Shown here: in pieces, positions 11,550 to 22,338 of the stretch
Position numbering within the stretch: the first letter of the stretch is position 1
Layout of the letters: each line of letters begins with the position of its first letter
Origin: Mayamaea pseudoterrestris
Lineage: Eukaryota
Assembly: GCA_027923505.1 (NCBI GenBank)
Contig: BROI01000024.1
Location: forward strand, 186,001-250,000
Length of the DNA stretch: 64,000 nt
Direction of reading: 5' to 3'
Translations under genes and position numbers: made by a program
The notes under the pieces: generated by a model
The model's database searches: none
Seen by the model: only the letters and a program-made list of their open reading frames with translations
What the model was told of the DNA's origin: nothing

Positions 11550-13892
11550 TTATCGGGCGCTATTGGCAAGAACTGGCGCCATTCCAGATTGGTTCATGCC
11601 GCCAGCATTACCAGCGACATAAGGGCCTCCTGCTACACCAATAGATGCGTTTGGATTGTATTGCACAGGGCCCGCTTCTTGCGACGTGTTATGAGAAGAG
11701 ACTACTTGCGGCTGACATGAAGTTGGTGATGCCGATGTCTGGTACAAGTTCGTGCCATTCGTCATTGAATCGATGGTCGAAATGTATCTAGTGTCGTCGT
11801 AGATAGCACCCCTGTCGCTGGCTAGCGATATCTCTCCATTTGCACCAAAGCTCAAATTCAAATCCGTATCTTCGTCTGTCGGGGCATCAGCTGTTACATT
11901 ACTTTGACTGCCGTTAACTGATGGTAGTGGCGGAATGCCTCGTCTCCAAAAGTATTCAGTAAGCTGATCGGGTATTTCTTGCAGAGTCTCGCGCGTAAGC
12001 GCTTGTTTGTCGTCGCGGTATCGATTAAATTCAACGAATTTGCAAATATCTCGGTGTTTGCCTCCAGCATTGGCTTGGAAGTTATCGAAGTAGTGCATGG
12101 ACGAAAAGTCTGCGTTGCCAATGCCGACAACAATGACGGATAAGGGTGCATCGCTCGCATTATGCAAAGCACGCTTTGTTAACTCAAGGTCCGATACCTC
12201 TCCGTCTGTCAGAATTAGAAGCAACGTGTAGATTTGTCGCCCTACACGCGAACCAGCCTCGAGGGAGCTTCTTGCCTTCGCTGCCGCCATATCAATCACC
12301 TCAGCAAACACAGTTGGTCCCGACATGGTCAAGCCACTCTGAAAAACGTTTCTGTAGGCTTTCAAGACGCTTGGTATGCGATTCAGCTCCGCCTCGTCTC
12401 CAACTTGGAAGCAATGCTGGATCTGACTGCCAAATTTTGCTCCAAATCCCCACACCGGAAAGCGTTGATTGGTGTCATAGCGCGCCAAGATTGAGCCCAC
12501 CGCCGTGATGGCCTTTTCGTAGTCGTTCAATCTTCCGTTCGAGTCCATGTAATGCAAGGTACCTGGTATGCGCGGATCTCCATTCGACCCGGTAAAGTCA
12601 ATGGCGATGCACATTTCAATCTCCAATCCGCCGCTCAAATAGTCAACAAATGAAGGCTTGCGCTCGGGTGGTGCCATTGGTGGTGGAAGCGAGTAGTCGG
12701 ACGATTCAAGATCTGATGATGACGCATCTTTGGCAGCTTCTGGTGGAGGAAGTGGAACTGATGCAGTCGGCCTTGTCGCCGCCGCTAGATTAGGAACAAT
12801 AGGTACGGGCGGAGGAAGATAGCTCGCTTGTGAATTAAAAATTGTGGAAGGCTCGTGGATAATGTGTGCTTGTTGCAAAGGCGGCTGGACATATTGCTCT
12901 GGCATTACAGTCTGTGGAGGCACGTATTGCTCCGGAGGAGAAAAGCTCGTTGGCTCGTTAATAATTGCTGACGCAGCAGCAGTCGGTACATAACCTGTCA
13001 CGGCAGCTGACATTGGAGCCAAAGTTATAGATCCCTGATTGGAAGATGCGGCGCCGCCGTTCACTTGAGCTTCAAAGACAATGACCTTGCCGGCTGCTAC
13101 TTTACCTCGCTTGGCCACAGAAAAGGCTTTCGATATGTCAACATTTTGCTTATCTACAGGCTCCGGAACAACCGCCGCCAGGAGAGCATTTACATTGGTT
13201 TCAAAAGTGCCCATCCAAGAATGCTTGCCATTGCTTTTGTAGTCATATAGTTTAACTTGTATCGGTTGATTGTAATCTCCTCCGCAAATGCGGCCAACAT
13301 CTACCTCAAACGGCAGCCAGCAAGGATTCAAATCAGCCTTGATCGGCTGCGATCGATAGACAGGTTGCCACGTTAAGCCTACAGCAGCATCCTGGACTTT
13401 GTAGGACATTTCGAAAAAAGGATCGCTTTTTCCAAAAAGGCCATCAACGTTCTTTAACTGATAGCCGGCAAACTTTAGTCGAAGCGTCCCAAACTCGCAA
13501 CTCGGCGCCGCCTTGATTCTCACAAACAGTGTTCCACCATTCCGCAGCTGCTTTGCCTTGACATTGCCTCGCGTACCAAGCACTTGCCCAATTTCAAACA
13601 TTGCCGATCCCATTGGTTTGTGCGAACCCAGCTCTTTGGTTTTGTCGTCGTCGTAAACTCCGATATTGATTCGCGTCAATTTACCAATGCAGTAGTCAAT
13701 ATCAAAGTGCGTCACCCAGCGCGGGTTCAAGCTATTCTTGATGACTTCCGTCTTGCCCAAGACGCGAGGCTGCTCGTTGGCGTCATTGGCTAGTATCGTC
13801 ACGACGGCGTACGGATCCGACGTTGAAAAGTGCTTGGCAACATTGGTGAGCTTGGCGGCGTGAATTTCGAGACGGACTCGCTGGGAATTCAT
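11550..13892 (-). CDS. Copine (C2A-C2B-vWA); the frame continues past the stop to 11370
   Basis: Two C2 domains (SDPYAVV/KTEVIKNSLNPRW; GKSDPFF) and the copine vWA domain (AIDFTGSNGDP, WGFGAK, SGPTVFA, LILTDG, PLSVIVVGIG). Confidence 0.92.
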   Translation of the reverse strand: MNSQRVRLEIHAAKLTNVAKHFSTSDPYAVVTILANDANEQPRVLGKTEVIKNSLNPRWVTHFDIDYCIGKLTRINIGVYDDDKTKELGSHKPMGSAMFEIGQVLGTRGNVKAKQLRNGGTLFVRIKAAPSCEFGTLRLKFAGYQLKNVDGLFGKSDPFFEMSYKVQDAAVGLTWQPVYRSQPIKADLNPCWLPFEVDVGRICGGDYNQPIQVKLYDYKSNGKHSWMGTFETNVNALLAAVVPEPVDKQNVDISKAFSVAKRGKVAAGKVIVFEAQVNGGAASSNQGSITLAPMSAAVTGYVPTAAASAIINEPTSFSPPEQYVPPQTVMPEQYVQPPLQQAHIIHEPSTIFNSQASYLPPPVPIVPNLAAATRPTASVPLPPPEAAKDASSSDLESSDYSLPPPMAPPERKPSFVDYLSGGLEIEMCIAIDFTGSNGDPRIPGTLHYMDSNGRLNDYEKAITAVGSILARYDTNQRFPVWGFGAKFGSQIQHCFQVGDEAELNRIPSVLKAYRNVFQSGLTMSGPTVFAEVIDMAAAKARSSLEAGSRVGRQIYTLLLILTDGEVSDLELTKRALHNASDAPLSVIVVGIGNADFSSMHYFDNFQANAGGKHRDICKFVEFNRYRDDKQALTRETLQEIPDQLTEYFWRRGIPPLPSVNGSQSNVTADAPTDEDTDLNLSFGANGEISLASDRGAIYDDTRYISTIDSMTNGTNLYQTSASPTSCQPQVVSSHNTSQEAGPVQYNPNASIGVAGGPYVAGNAGGMNQSGMAPVLANSAR

Positions 13893-14325
13893 AAATCTAT
13901 TATATCTTTTTTATATGTCAGTTGTAGAATATTTGCAAACGAATGGGGAGAAGCGTTGAGCAATGAAACAAGGTTGACTTTGGTCTTCGAAAGGCTTGGG
14001 GATTGTGTCGTTCCGCGAAATTTCGTGTGAGTAACGGTGCGATGTTTTGACCTGGCAACATCATCTTTTTGGCGATCGGTGTGATAACGAGCGTACTAGC
14101 ACCTCGGGAAGCAATAGCTGACAATTGCCGAATATAGATAGAGTAGGCATCAGAAGGGTTTGATAGTGCAAGATAGCTATCTGACCCAGTATTTATCACC
14201 AGAAGGTGTGACATTTACAGCGCAGTCAACATGACATACAGTGTTTAACAGGCAGTTTTAACTAAATCGAATGTTAACTACTGTAAGCCTTTACAGTAAC
14301 GCAAGATCCCTAATAACTTTTCTCG

Positions 14326-17076
14326 TTAGTAGCCATACTGCTGCGGCGGATACGCCATTTGCTGTTGCGGAGGCTGCCCATGCTGCGTGGGAGGTGGGCC
14401 GTAGCCTGGAGCCGCGTACGGAACCATTGCACCGCCTGGAGGTCCATTGAAAGCGGCATCATTCATTTGTTGCGGCGGCGGCGGAGCATGCTGTGGGTGA
14501 TAACCAAATTGCTGCTGTTGCTGCGGTGGCGGTGGCTGCTGGTTGTACGCCGGAGGCATACCTTGTTGCTGCTGGTGGTACGCCGGAGGCATTCCCTGTT
14601 GCTGTAACTGCAGTTGATGAGGCGGCGGTGGTTGGCCGTATCCTTGCGCTGGAGGCACGCTACCAGAATGGTACCCGCCATTCATTTGTTGAGGAGGAAC
14701 CGGTGCAGGAGCCGAAGGTGGGCCGCCCAGCAAATCTGGACTGATAAGATCCGGTTGTGCTTGTACAGCCGGCGCGGAACGCTGGCTGTTGCTAGTATTG
14801 CCACTTCCAACGGAGCGCTGGCTTTTCTCCCCATTGTCCGTCGATCGCTGACTCACTGAGCGATCACCGCCACCTCGATTATTTTCAGCATCCTGATTGC
14901 GCGACGGACCTGCCGAATGAGAGCCTCCGCTACGACCGCGCTGCTGCGCCAACAAGACTCGTCGAATGCCTTCATGGACTGGCTTGAGCTGGCCTAGGTT
15001 TGGCGACGAAATCTTGATAGGGTTCCGGGCAACCGGAAGAACAACAATGTACTTCCATGGGTGGATCTTATTCTTGTACTTGACCATCTGAGGACCCTGC
15101 CAATCATTCTGAATGCGAGCGCCTTGAAGACTGAATTGCTTGACTTTGACGCTAACCGGGCGACGTGCTTGTGTTTCAATGACGGCGATGTCATACTCGG
15201 ACTGCAAGAATAAACAGACAATATTTGAGATTCAGTGTTTTCTGTTGACAAGCTGTAAAGCAATTTCAACGATTTTACTCACCTTGCTGCGGTACATGTT
15301 CATCATCCACGGCTGCGCAATGATACCTCCAATCACCACATACTTTGGCTTCCATTCCTTGGCACTGTTAGGCGCCACAGTTTCCTTGGTGTCGTACTTG
15401 GCCATGTGCTCCCCTTCCGCCGTAACCACGTCCGTATTGGGCACGTAAAAGAGGAGTGGCAATGGTCGTGGTCCATCCTTGATCAGCCGGCTCGCCTCCT
15501 TGGGATTGCTCACATCCTGGCCATTCACCTTTACCAAGACATGTCCCAGCTCCACTCCGGCACTGCGAGCACTAGATCCTTCCACAATAAAGGCGACGAC
15601 AGGTCGCTGTCCAAGCGAATCTACCAAACTCTTTTCCGTGTTGAGAAACAAGGAATCTGTCAATTCCTGTGGCTTGAAAAACATGACACCCAACGTCGGC
15701 GTAAAGATGCGAGCGTCATACCACTCGCCGCCTTCCGGTAAGCCTTCTTCCGCTTTCTTTTCTTCAGCTGCGCTTCCCCCTGCCACGGAAATGCTTGATG
15801 AGTCTTGACCATTCGACGCATCAGCTGCCTGCGATGGCGACGAAAAGTTGTTCCAAAAGTCATCGTCGCTGCCTCCTGCAGCAGGAGCAGGTGCAGTCAA
15901 AGTACTAGCAGTGGTCATGGTGGTCGTTGCCGTCAAAAGCGTCGGCGGCGCCACAACAATTTGCTGCTCAAAGGCTGCTGGAGCTGGCGCGCTTTCAAAG
16001 ACTGAAAAGGGGTCAACTGGCGCAGGAGCCGGAACCATTTGATACTGGTTCTGTTGCTGGTGTCCATAGTTTGGATCTGCGCCATACGGCTGTCCACCAT
16101 ACGGCATTGGCTGGGCGTAGGGATTGTTTTGCTGCTGTGATGGAACCAATGCATGATTGTTTGGATCCATCTGCTGCGGTGGCTGCTGAAATGGTGCTGG
16201 TGCCTGGCCGGGAGGCGCTCCGTATTGCTGCTGCTGGGGCGGCGGCGGCATGCCATACTGCTGAGTCGTCTGCGGCGGAGCGCTATAGTAAGATTCATTT
16301 GAGCCTGGACCTTGCTGGTGCTGCTGTTGCGGCGGCGGCGGAGCACCATAGTAGGACTCGTTCGAGCTAGGCGCTTGCTGCGGCGGCGGAGCACCGTAGT
16401 AGGACTCGTTCGAGCTAGGCACTTGCTGCTGCTGTGGCGGCGGCGCACCGTAGTAAGATTCGTTCGAGCTAGGAGCTTGCTGCGGCGGCGGTGGAGCGCT
16501 GTAGTAGGACTCGTTCGATCCAGCAATTTGCTGCTGCTGCGGTGGCGCTGAACCCCACGGGTCCGCGTAGCTCAAAGGCGGCGGCGGGGCCGAAAAATCT
16601 TGCGGAGGTGGCGGCGGAGGCTGAGACGGTTCTTGCGCCGCCGTTCCAAACGACCCGTCTGCAGCTGCAGGCTGAAATCCTCCGCCATATGGATTCACAT
16701 CAACTGATCCAGGAATCGGCGGATATCCTGCCGTAGGTGGTGCTGGTGGTCCAAAAGAATCAAATGGATTATCGTCAGCTCCTCCTCCTCCTGCTACTGA
16801 TCCTCCAAACTGACTACTCGGCGGAGCAAAGGGCTCTGGAGGTAATTGCATCGAAGGTGCAGCTGGTTCCTGGTAAGCTTGCTGTCCGTAGCTCGTAGGA
16901 GGCTGCTGTCCGTATCCTTCATACGATGCTATGGGCGGCGGAGGAGGCCCTTGTCCATACGCTGGCGGCGCCGGAGGCATGCCCATGGGAGGGCCTCCAA
17001 ACTGATTCATATCGCCACCAGTGGGCGGAAGAGCCGCTCCAACGTCGACGGTGAACTGATCAAACGGATTCGACAT
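14326..17076 (-). CDS. Pro/Gln-rich protein with PDZ-like and PH-like domains (intron 15202-15282)
   Basis: TLGVMF...VVAFIVEGSSARSAGVELGHVLVKVNGQDV is PDZ-like, followed by EWKPKYVVIGG...MYRSK|SEYD (PH-like). The GTGAGT..GCAG intron is in frame. Start inferred at MSNPFDQF. Confidence 0.75.
16262..16545 (-). repeat. Coding minisatellite: 5 copies of (S/G)SNESYY(G/S)APPPQQ
   Basis: Five near-identical ~50-60 nt units with core gtag(t)a(g/a)ga(c/t)tc(g/a)tt at about 16285, 16350, 16398, 16452 and 16503. Confidence 0.9.
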
Positions 17077-17499
17077 GATTTGGAAAGCTGCTGCGTGGGT
17101 CGAAAGTGCTGCAATTAATTCAAAATCAAATTTCGTCCGTCGGATCACCTTCTTCTAGCCGTGAAACACAAAATTCAAATGATTCTAACAGCGTCAAACT
17201 CAACTGTTCCGTAACAGAGTGCAAGAGCAAAATGTAGAACAGTCAATGGGCAGTGGCGACGGGTCAGTTGTGGTTGTGCATGCGCCGGTCATTCGCAAGC
17301 TCAACGGCTCGAATGGGAGGAAGGAAATCCTGCACGCGCACCTTGCGCGAGGTTCATTATGGTGAACCCTAAGTGAGTCTTCAACTAAGCTATGTCAATT
17401 CTACCAAAGGTTTTATTCAGACCCATCTTCTATGTACTCGTACATACAGTCCGGTAATGTATTTCTAAAGTTTGCAAAAATGCAACGGTGCATCAGCAA

Positions 17500-19002
17500 C
17501 TAGAGATAATAATGGTGGGGGTCGAGGTCATCGTGCTCGGGGAAGTGCATGGTAGATGGTAGCTTTCTCTGACGCTTGTTGCTGCTATTTGTACGCTCAT
17601 TCAAGTTTTGGTGATGGCTGATGTCTCCGTTATGATGCTCCAGCAAGCCATGCTCCTTCAAAAGCTTGTCCTTCTCCTTCAAGAATAAGTTCTTTTCCTT
17701 GATGTCAGCTTTCAACTTTGCATTCTCCGCCGACAATTTCTCCAATGTTTTCTTATCGCTTTCGCCACATGACTTGAGACTCTCATTTTCGTTCAACAAG
17801 GTTTGAAAGTCAGGAAATGTCAGCGATTGAAACTGGACTACCTGCTTGCGTGTCAATTTAGCGAGCGCATTGAGACGACTTTGCTCGCGCTGACGCATCA
17901 ACTGTTCAACTCGATGCTCGTCGGTTGCTTCGCGGACACTTTCCAAAACGACTTCGCGCGGAATATTGGGCGTTTGATAGTATAGCTCAGGGTATCGCTT
18001 GGTCTTGGGGAGGCAGTACTTCGGTTCAAACGCATACGCAAGCTCCTGGATGCGGTCGGCCGCAAGTGGCGTCGATACCTTGCCTCCTGTTTTGAAGTAT
18101 TCAAGCTGCTTTAATGTCCAATGATGGCGCGCAACTGGAACGCTTATCGGGTTTTTGATAAATGAGTCATCATGAATATTCAAACAAGCCAAGACGGTCT
18201 GCTTCCAATGATGCGTCTTTGGCTTATCGTTGCTGAAATCCAAAAAGTAGCAATTACCTCCACGTGGCTCATCCAGTCCGTCGTCAATGCGATCCGTAAA
18301 TGCTTGCTGAATCGCTCGGCATTCCGGCCAGCTGCAAATGCAGAAGCTGCTCAAATGAATCTTTTTGGTGCCTGATGCCTTTGCTCGTGGCTGAAGGTCT
18401 AGCGCCGTGGTGCTAAGCTTGGTGAGCTTGTCCACATACGCCTTGACTGCCTCTGGAGGAACCGTTGGACTTTGCACGCAAGTAGCTGTTTGTCCATGTG
18501 GATCCATTTGAAAGATGCTGGTTGGATGAATCTTGTGAAGCAGCTTTCTCGCTTCCTCGGCGCCGAGGGGCGTCAAAAAGTCGTTGTTGCGCTTTTCGTT
18601 TCGTTTCATGTGATTCTTGGTCCAGTGCAATTTGGCTAAATGATAAGTGACCGTCTTGCGTCCATCATGTTTGACTGTTCCAGGTAGGTTCTTGATAGAG
18701 GCGGGGACGCGCAAGTATTCGTCAATGGTCCATTTGAGTGCCATGGCAGCTTGATTGTCGAGAGGAAGCTCAAGGGTCAATATTTCATTGAGCGAGTCCT
18801 TGGCGTCATACAATTTACGCTGATAGTAGAGACAAGCTTCTCCCCAGCCGCAGACACATTTTTGCCGTTGCGCAAAGCTTTGATCATTAGTCGTTGCAAC
18901 ATTGTCATGGTTGTTCGCAGCGGCTGCTGCAATGCTCAGCATGCTTGATGCAGCAGCGCCGTCTGCCGTCTGATTCGCTGCAGCTTCAGGTACGTTGCTC
19001 AT
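17500..19002 (-). CDS. Uncharacterised protein with two Cys/Trp/His repeats (THAP-like) and a C-terminal coiled coil
   Basis: 500-aa intronless ORF. Internal repeat CVCGWGEAC...LAKLHWT...SPTVP and CICSWPEC...VARHHWT...TPNIP; heptad-rich C-terminus. Confidence 0.75.
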   Translation of the reverse strand: MSNVPEAAANQTADGAAASSMLSIAAAAANNHDNVATTNDQSFAQRQKCVCGWGEACLYYQRKLYDAKDSLNEILTLELPLDNQAAMALKWTIDEYLRVPASIKNLPGTVKHDGRKTVTYHLAKLHWTKNHMKRNEKRNNDFLTPLGAEEARKLLHKIHPTSIFQMDPHGQTATCVQSPTVPPEAVKAYVDKLTKLSTTALDLQPRAKASGTKKIHLSSFCICSWPECRAIQQAFTDRIDDGLDEPRGGNCYFLDFSNDKPKTHHWKQTVLACLNIHDDSFIKNPISVPVARHHWTLKQLEYFKTGGKVSTPLAADRIQELAYAFEPKYCLPKTKRYPELYYQTPNIPREVVLESVREATDEHRVEQLMRQREQSRLNALAKLTRKQVVQFQSLTFPDFQTLLNENESLKSCGESDKKTLEKLSAENAKLKADIKEKNLFLKEKDKLLKEHGLLEHHNGDISHHQNLNERTNSSNKRQRKLPSTMHFPEHDDLDPHHYYL

Positions 19003-19531
19003 AATTTTGTATTAATGATTTAATGTTTTGGCTCTAGCAGTGCGAACGTCCTAGCTGCCGCGGCCTTCGTCAGAAATAAAGTGCAGCAACAAGGCATTGA
19101 CGCTGCAAGCAAAAATGTTGTCATGGTGGACGCCCCAGCGCTCCGCTAATCATCGCACCGTTACTCAGTGGTAACGTTGCGACATCGCGTTTCCATCCAA
19201 TCCAAGTCGTCTTTGATGAGTGACTTGAACATGATAGGCATTAGCTAACAAAGAATAGATTGCATGTTCACTCATCAAAACATGTCGTAGAGAATGCCAA
19301 ATACTGAAAACACTGTTAGCAAGATGATAGGAAATACTTGACAACCTGTCAAGTACTGGCCTCATCTTAATAGCTACCCTACCGCTCGACGGCGCGGTTG
19401 GTTGCGCTACGACACGCGTGACAGATCGCGATGAATGATTTCGAACTTCGACCATCGACCACCATGGTGCATGCCGCATCGACGGACTGCAAGTCCTTAC
19501 CATCATTGTGCTCGCTTGTAACTCACGAAGA

Positions 19532-20804
19532 ATGCTTCCTTCACGACTGACGAATGGGAATCTCACTTCACTTTCACGAAAGCTTGTCTCGCAGCAGCAT
19601 CGATCACTTGCCAGCAAGGTGTCCGCCTTGTCCTTGACGTCCAAGAAGCGACAAGGCAAGAAAATAACAATGGTAACGGCATATGACTATCCATCCGCCA
19701 TTCATGTCGCCAGAGCAGGAATCGATATTATTCTGGTTGGTGATTCGGTTGCCATGGTGGAATTAGGGTGAGTTTTGCAAGATTGCGACTTGTCTGTTGA
19801 TGTCGAGCAATTGTCGACTCATCATTAACATTCTCCCTCTTTACAATCAAATACACAGCCACGAAACGACACTACCGATTACTCTAGACCATATGCTGCA
19901 ACATTGCATGGCCGTCAAGCGAGGCGTTGATCAAGCTGACCGTAACAAGCATCATGTTCCGCTGCTGGTGGGTGACATGCCATTCGGCACCTACGAGTAT
20001 CGAGACACGGACGTGAGCCTACGCAACGCTTATCGGTTCGTAAAGGAAGCCGGAATGGACGCTGTCAAGTTGGAGGTGAGACAATGCATATGAATGACTC
20101 TTGTTAGAACACGGTTGTTGCGATGTGCAATGAGACTGACTCACTGATTCGTTGCCTCCATTTTGCAGGGCGGAAGTGTCGCTCGCGCCAACACGGCTCG
20201 GACCATTGTCGACGGAGGTATTGCCGTCATGGGACACATTGGACTTACACCGCAGGCAATCAGTGTCATTGGCGGCTTCCGGGCGCAGGGTCGAACGGCA
20301 GTGCGCGCGAGGCAGCTTGTCGATGAAGCGCTGCGACTGCAGGATGCTGGCTGCTTTGCGATTGTTTTGGAGTGCGTTCCAGCAAATGTTGCTGCAGCCG
20401 TTACTGAAACGATTGAAATACCAACCATTGGAATTGGCGCAGGAGGCCAAACGTCGGGTCAAGTGCTCGTCTATCACGACATGCTTGGCATGACGAGTCA
20501 CCCACACCACGAGCAGTTTGTACCCAAATTTTGCAAACGATACGCTCAAGTGGGGCACATTATCCAAGAGGGCTTATTAGCTTACAAGAAGGACGTTGAA
20601 TCAGGTGTCTTTCCTGGTGATGAGTTTGCTCCGTACATTATGAAGGATGATGAACGAAATGTCTTCGACGAGTTGCTCGCGCAGGATGCTCACGAAAGGA
20701 AACGACAGCACGACGAAGCAGCGGAGCGGTATACGGCGACGGATGAGTACGAGAAGTTGCATTTGTATGGGTCGAGTGTGGATGAACCGAAGATAATACA
20801 TTGA
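19532..20804 (+). CDS. panB: Ketopantoate hydroxymethyltransferase (introns 19768-19858, 20076-20168)
   Basis: [40 protein letters not shown] and PTIGIGAG...GQVLVYHD. The R/S-rich N-terminus resembles a mitochondrial presequence. Both GT-AG introns restore the frame. Confidence 0.95.
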
Positions 20805-21065
20805 TGACACTTGCACACTGCTATCATGCTACAACCCAGTCAATCGTAAAGGGAACGCGACAAGCTATGTTTTTCGCTTCTACGGAAGAAAGAACTCGTC
20901 ATAAAAGCTACCTACCAAAAGTTGCATGGTGCAATATAGGAATGCACAGAAGATAAACGACAGATAATAATACCTTAGCCCGTCCCGTGACAGTCTTAAA
21001 CCGTCTATATTCCTTCGACAGACCATTAAAGTTTAAGCGCGCTATAACAGGGAAACAGCCATCAT

Positions 21066-21848
21066 TTACTCCTTCGTGTTCTCCTTCTTGTATCCAATAA
21101 TCTGCTCAATTCCAACCGCAGTCTGGACAGTGACCATGACAGAGTTTTCGCCGCCATTCCACGCGTTGCGAATTTCATCGGCAAGGTCATCCGGGTAGGT
21201 GGGAAGGTTCAAATCAGTTTTCTGGACACCACCTTCGTCCATGAGAGTAAGTTCGTCGCCTTCAATATCAATGAGTTCCCATTCCGTCTTCTTGACAAGG
21301 GGAACCGTGGTACCGTGCGTGGACGGAATCATGTCCTCATACTTCTTGCCAGTGAAAATATCAGTAGCGACAAAGTTACACTTGGCATGTCCGTGCTTTC
21401 CGGTCTTCGAAACAGAAATTTGGAGAACCTTGCAAGGGTTGCCCTTGATCATCATGTATCTGTGTGAAATGGAACGACGTGGTGCGTGAGAGACATCGCA
21501 AATTTCTGTGCAAAATACTTTGATTTGCGTTCATCTGCCCGGCTAACCGCATGCCATGCCGACTATCCGCATGGCACGAAAATAATAATCAACAACAAAT
21601 AGCAAGATAGAAGAGAGTAAAAATAGCGCATGGCATTGTCAAACAGCGAAAGCCGCCAGCAAACGGCAACTTATTTAACCATCAGCTCTCAAACTCGTCA
21701 GAATTGCCGCGGGATTACTCGTTGAACGCGTTAAAGCTCCCCAAGTTTGAACGCACCCTCCTTTCTTGATCTGTCCAGCCTCGCAGGGAATAACGAGGGC
21801 TGAGCCAGCGTCGGCTACCTCAATGTGGAAGTCGTCCTCGTCGGCCAT
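21066..21848 (-). CDS. eIF5A: Translation factor eIF5A (intron 21460-21756)
   Basis: Hypusine loop SKTGKHGHAK. Exon 1 (MADEDDFHIEVADAGSALVIPCEAGQIKKG) splices in frame to GYMMIKGNPCK. Confidence 0.96.
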
Positions 21849-21924
21849 GGTGAATTATTTGCTTCGAGGAAAATGTGTGAGCGGTCAGCGTGCCTGCCAA
21901 TGGCGCGGTCCAGGTTATGCATCC

Positions 21925-21934
21925 GTGACGTCAC
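21925..21934. promoter_or_regulatory. GTGACGTCAC palindrome in the eIF5A/DPH3 intergenic promoter
   Basis: Perfect palindrome 77 bp upstream of the eIF5A ATG. Confidence 0.4.
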
Positions 21935-22338
21935 TCCCATTGACGCGGTGAGAGCCATTGATTTTGTTGGAGCGCGAGTGAAAAGCACGCTATGACCGGT
22001 GCCGCTGCGAGTGAATTGTCCATAGCTAATTTTTGGAGGTCGATGTAGATGTACATATAGAATCATCGCTACCAATATAATACCCACTAACTCAGCGTCT
22101 ACTATAATTGTACATTTGTGGGGTTTCTAATGAAAGCAATGAAGTTAGATGTAGTTTATTGAGTGGGCTTGGAACGGGTTATTTTCTCGTGTTCGCGCAG
22201 TACCAAGCGCGAATGAGATCTCTGTCACGTTTAGAAACGCGCGATGGCCAACCACGGCCTTTCTTTTAACTACTTGGAATTGCCTGCAACACTTCTCCAC
22301 CAAAAGCCACATTATAGGCAAGGCGTGAATGTTCCAGC

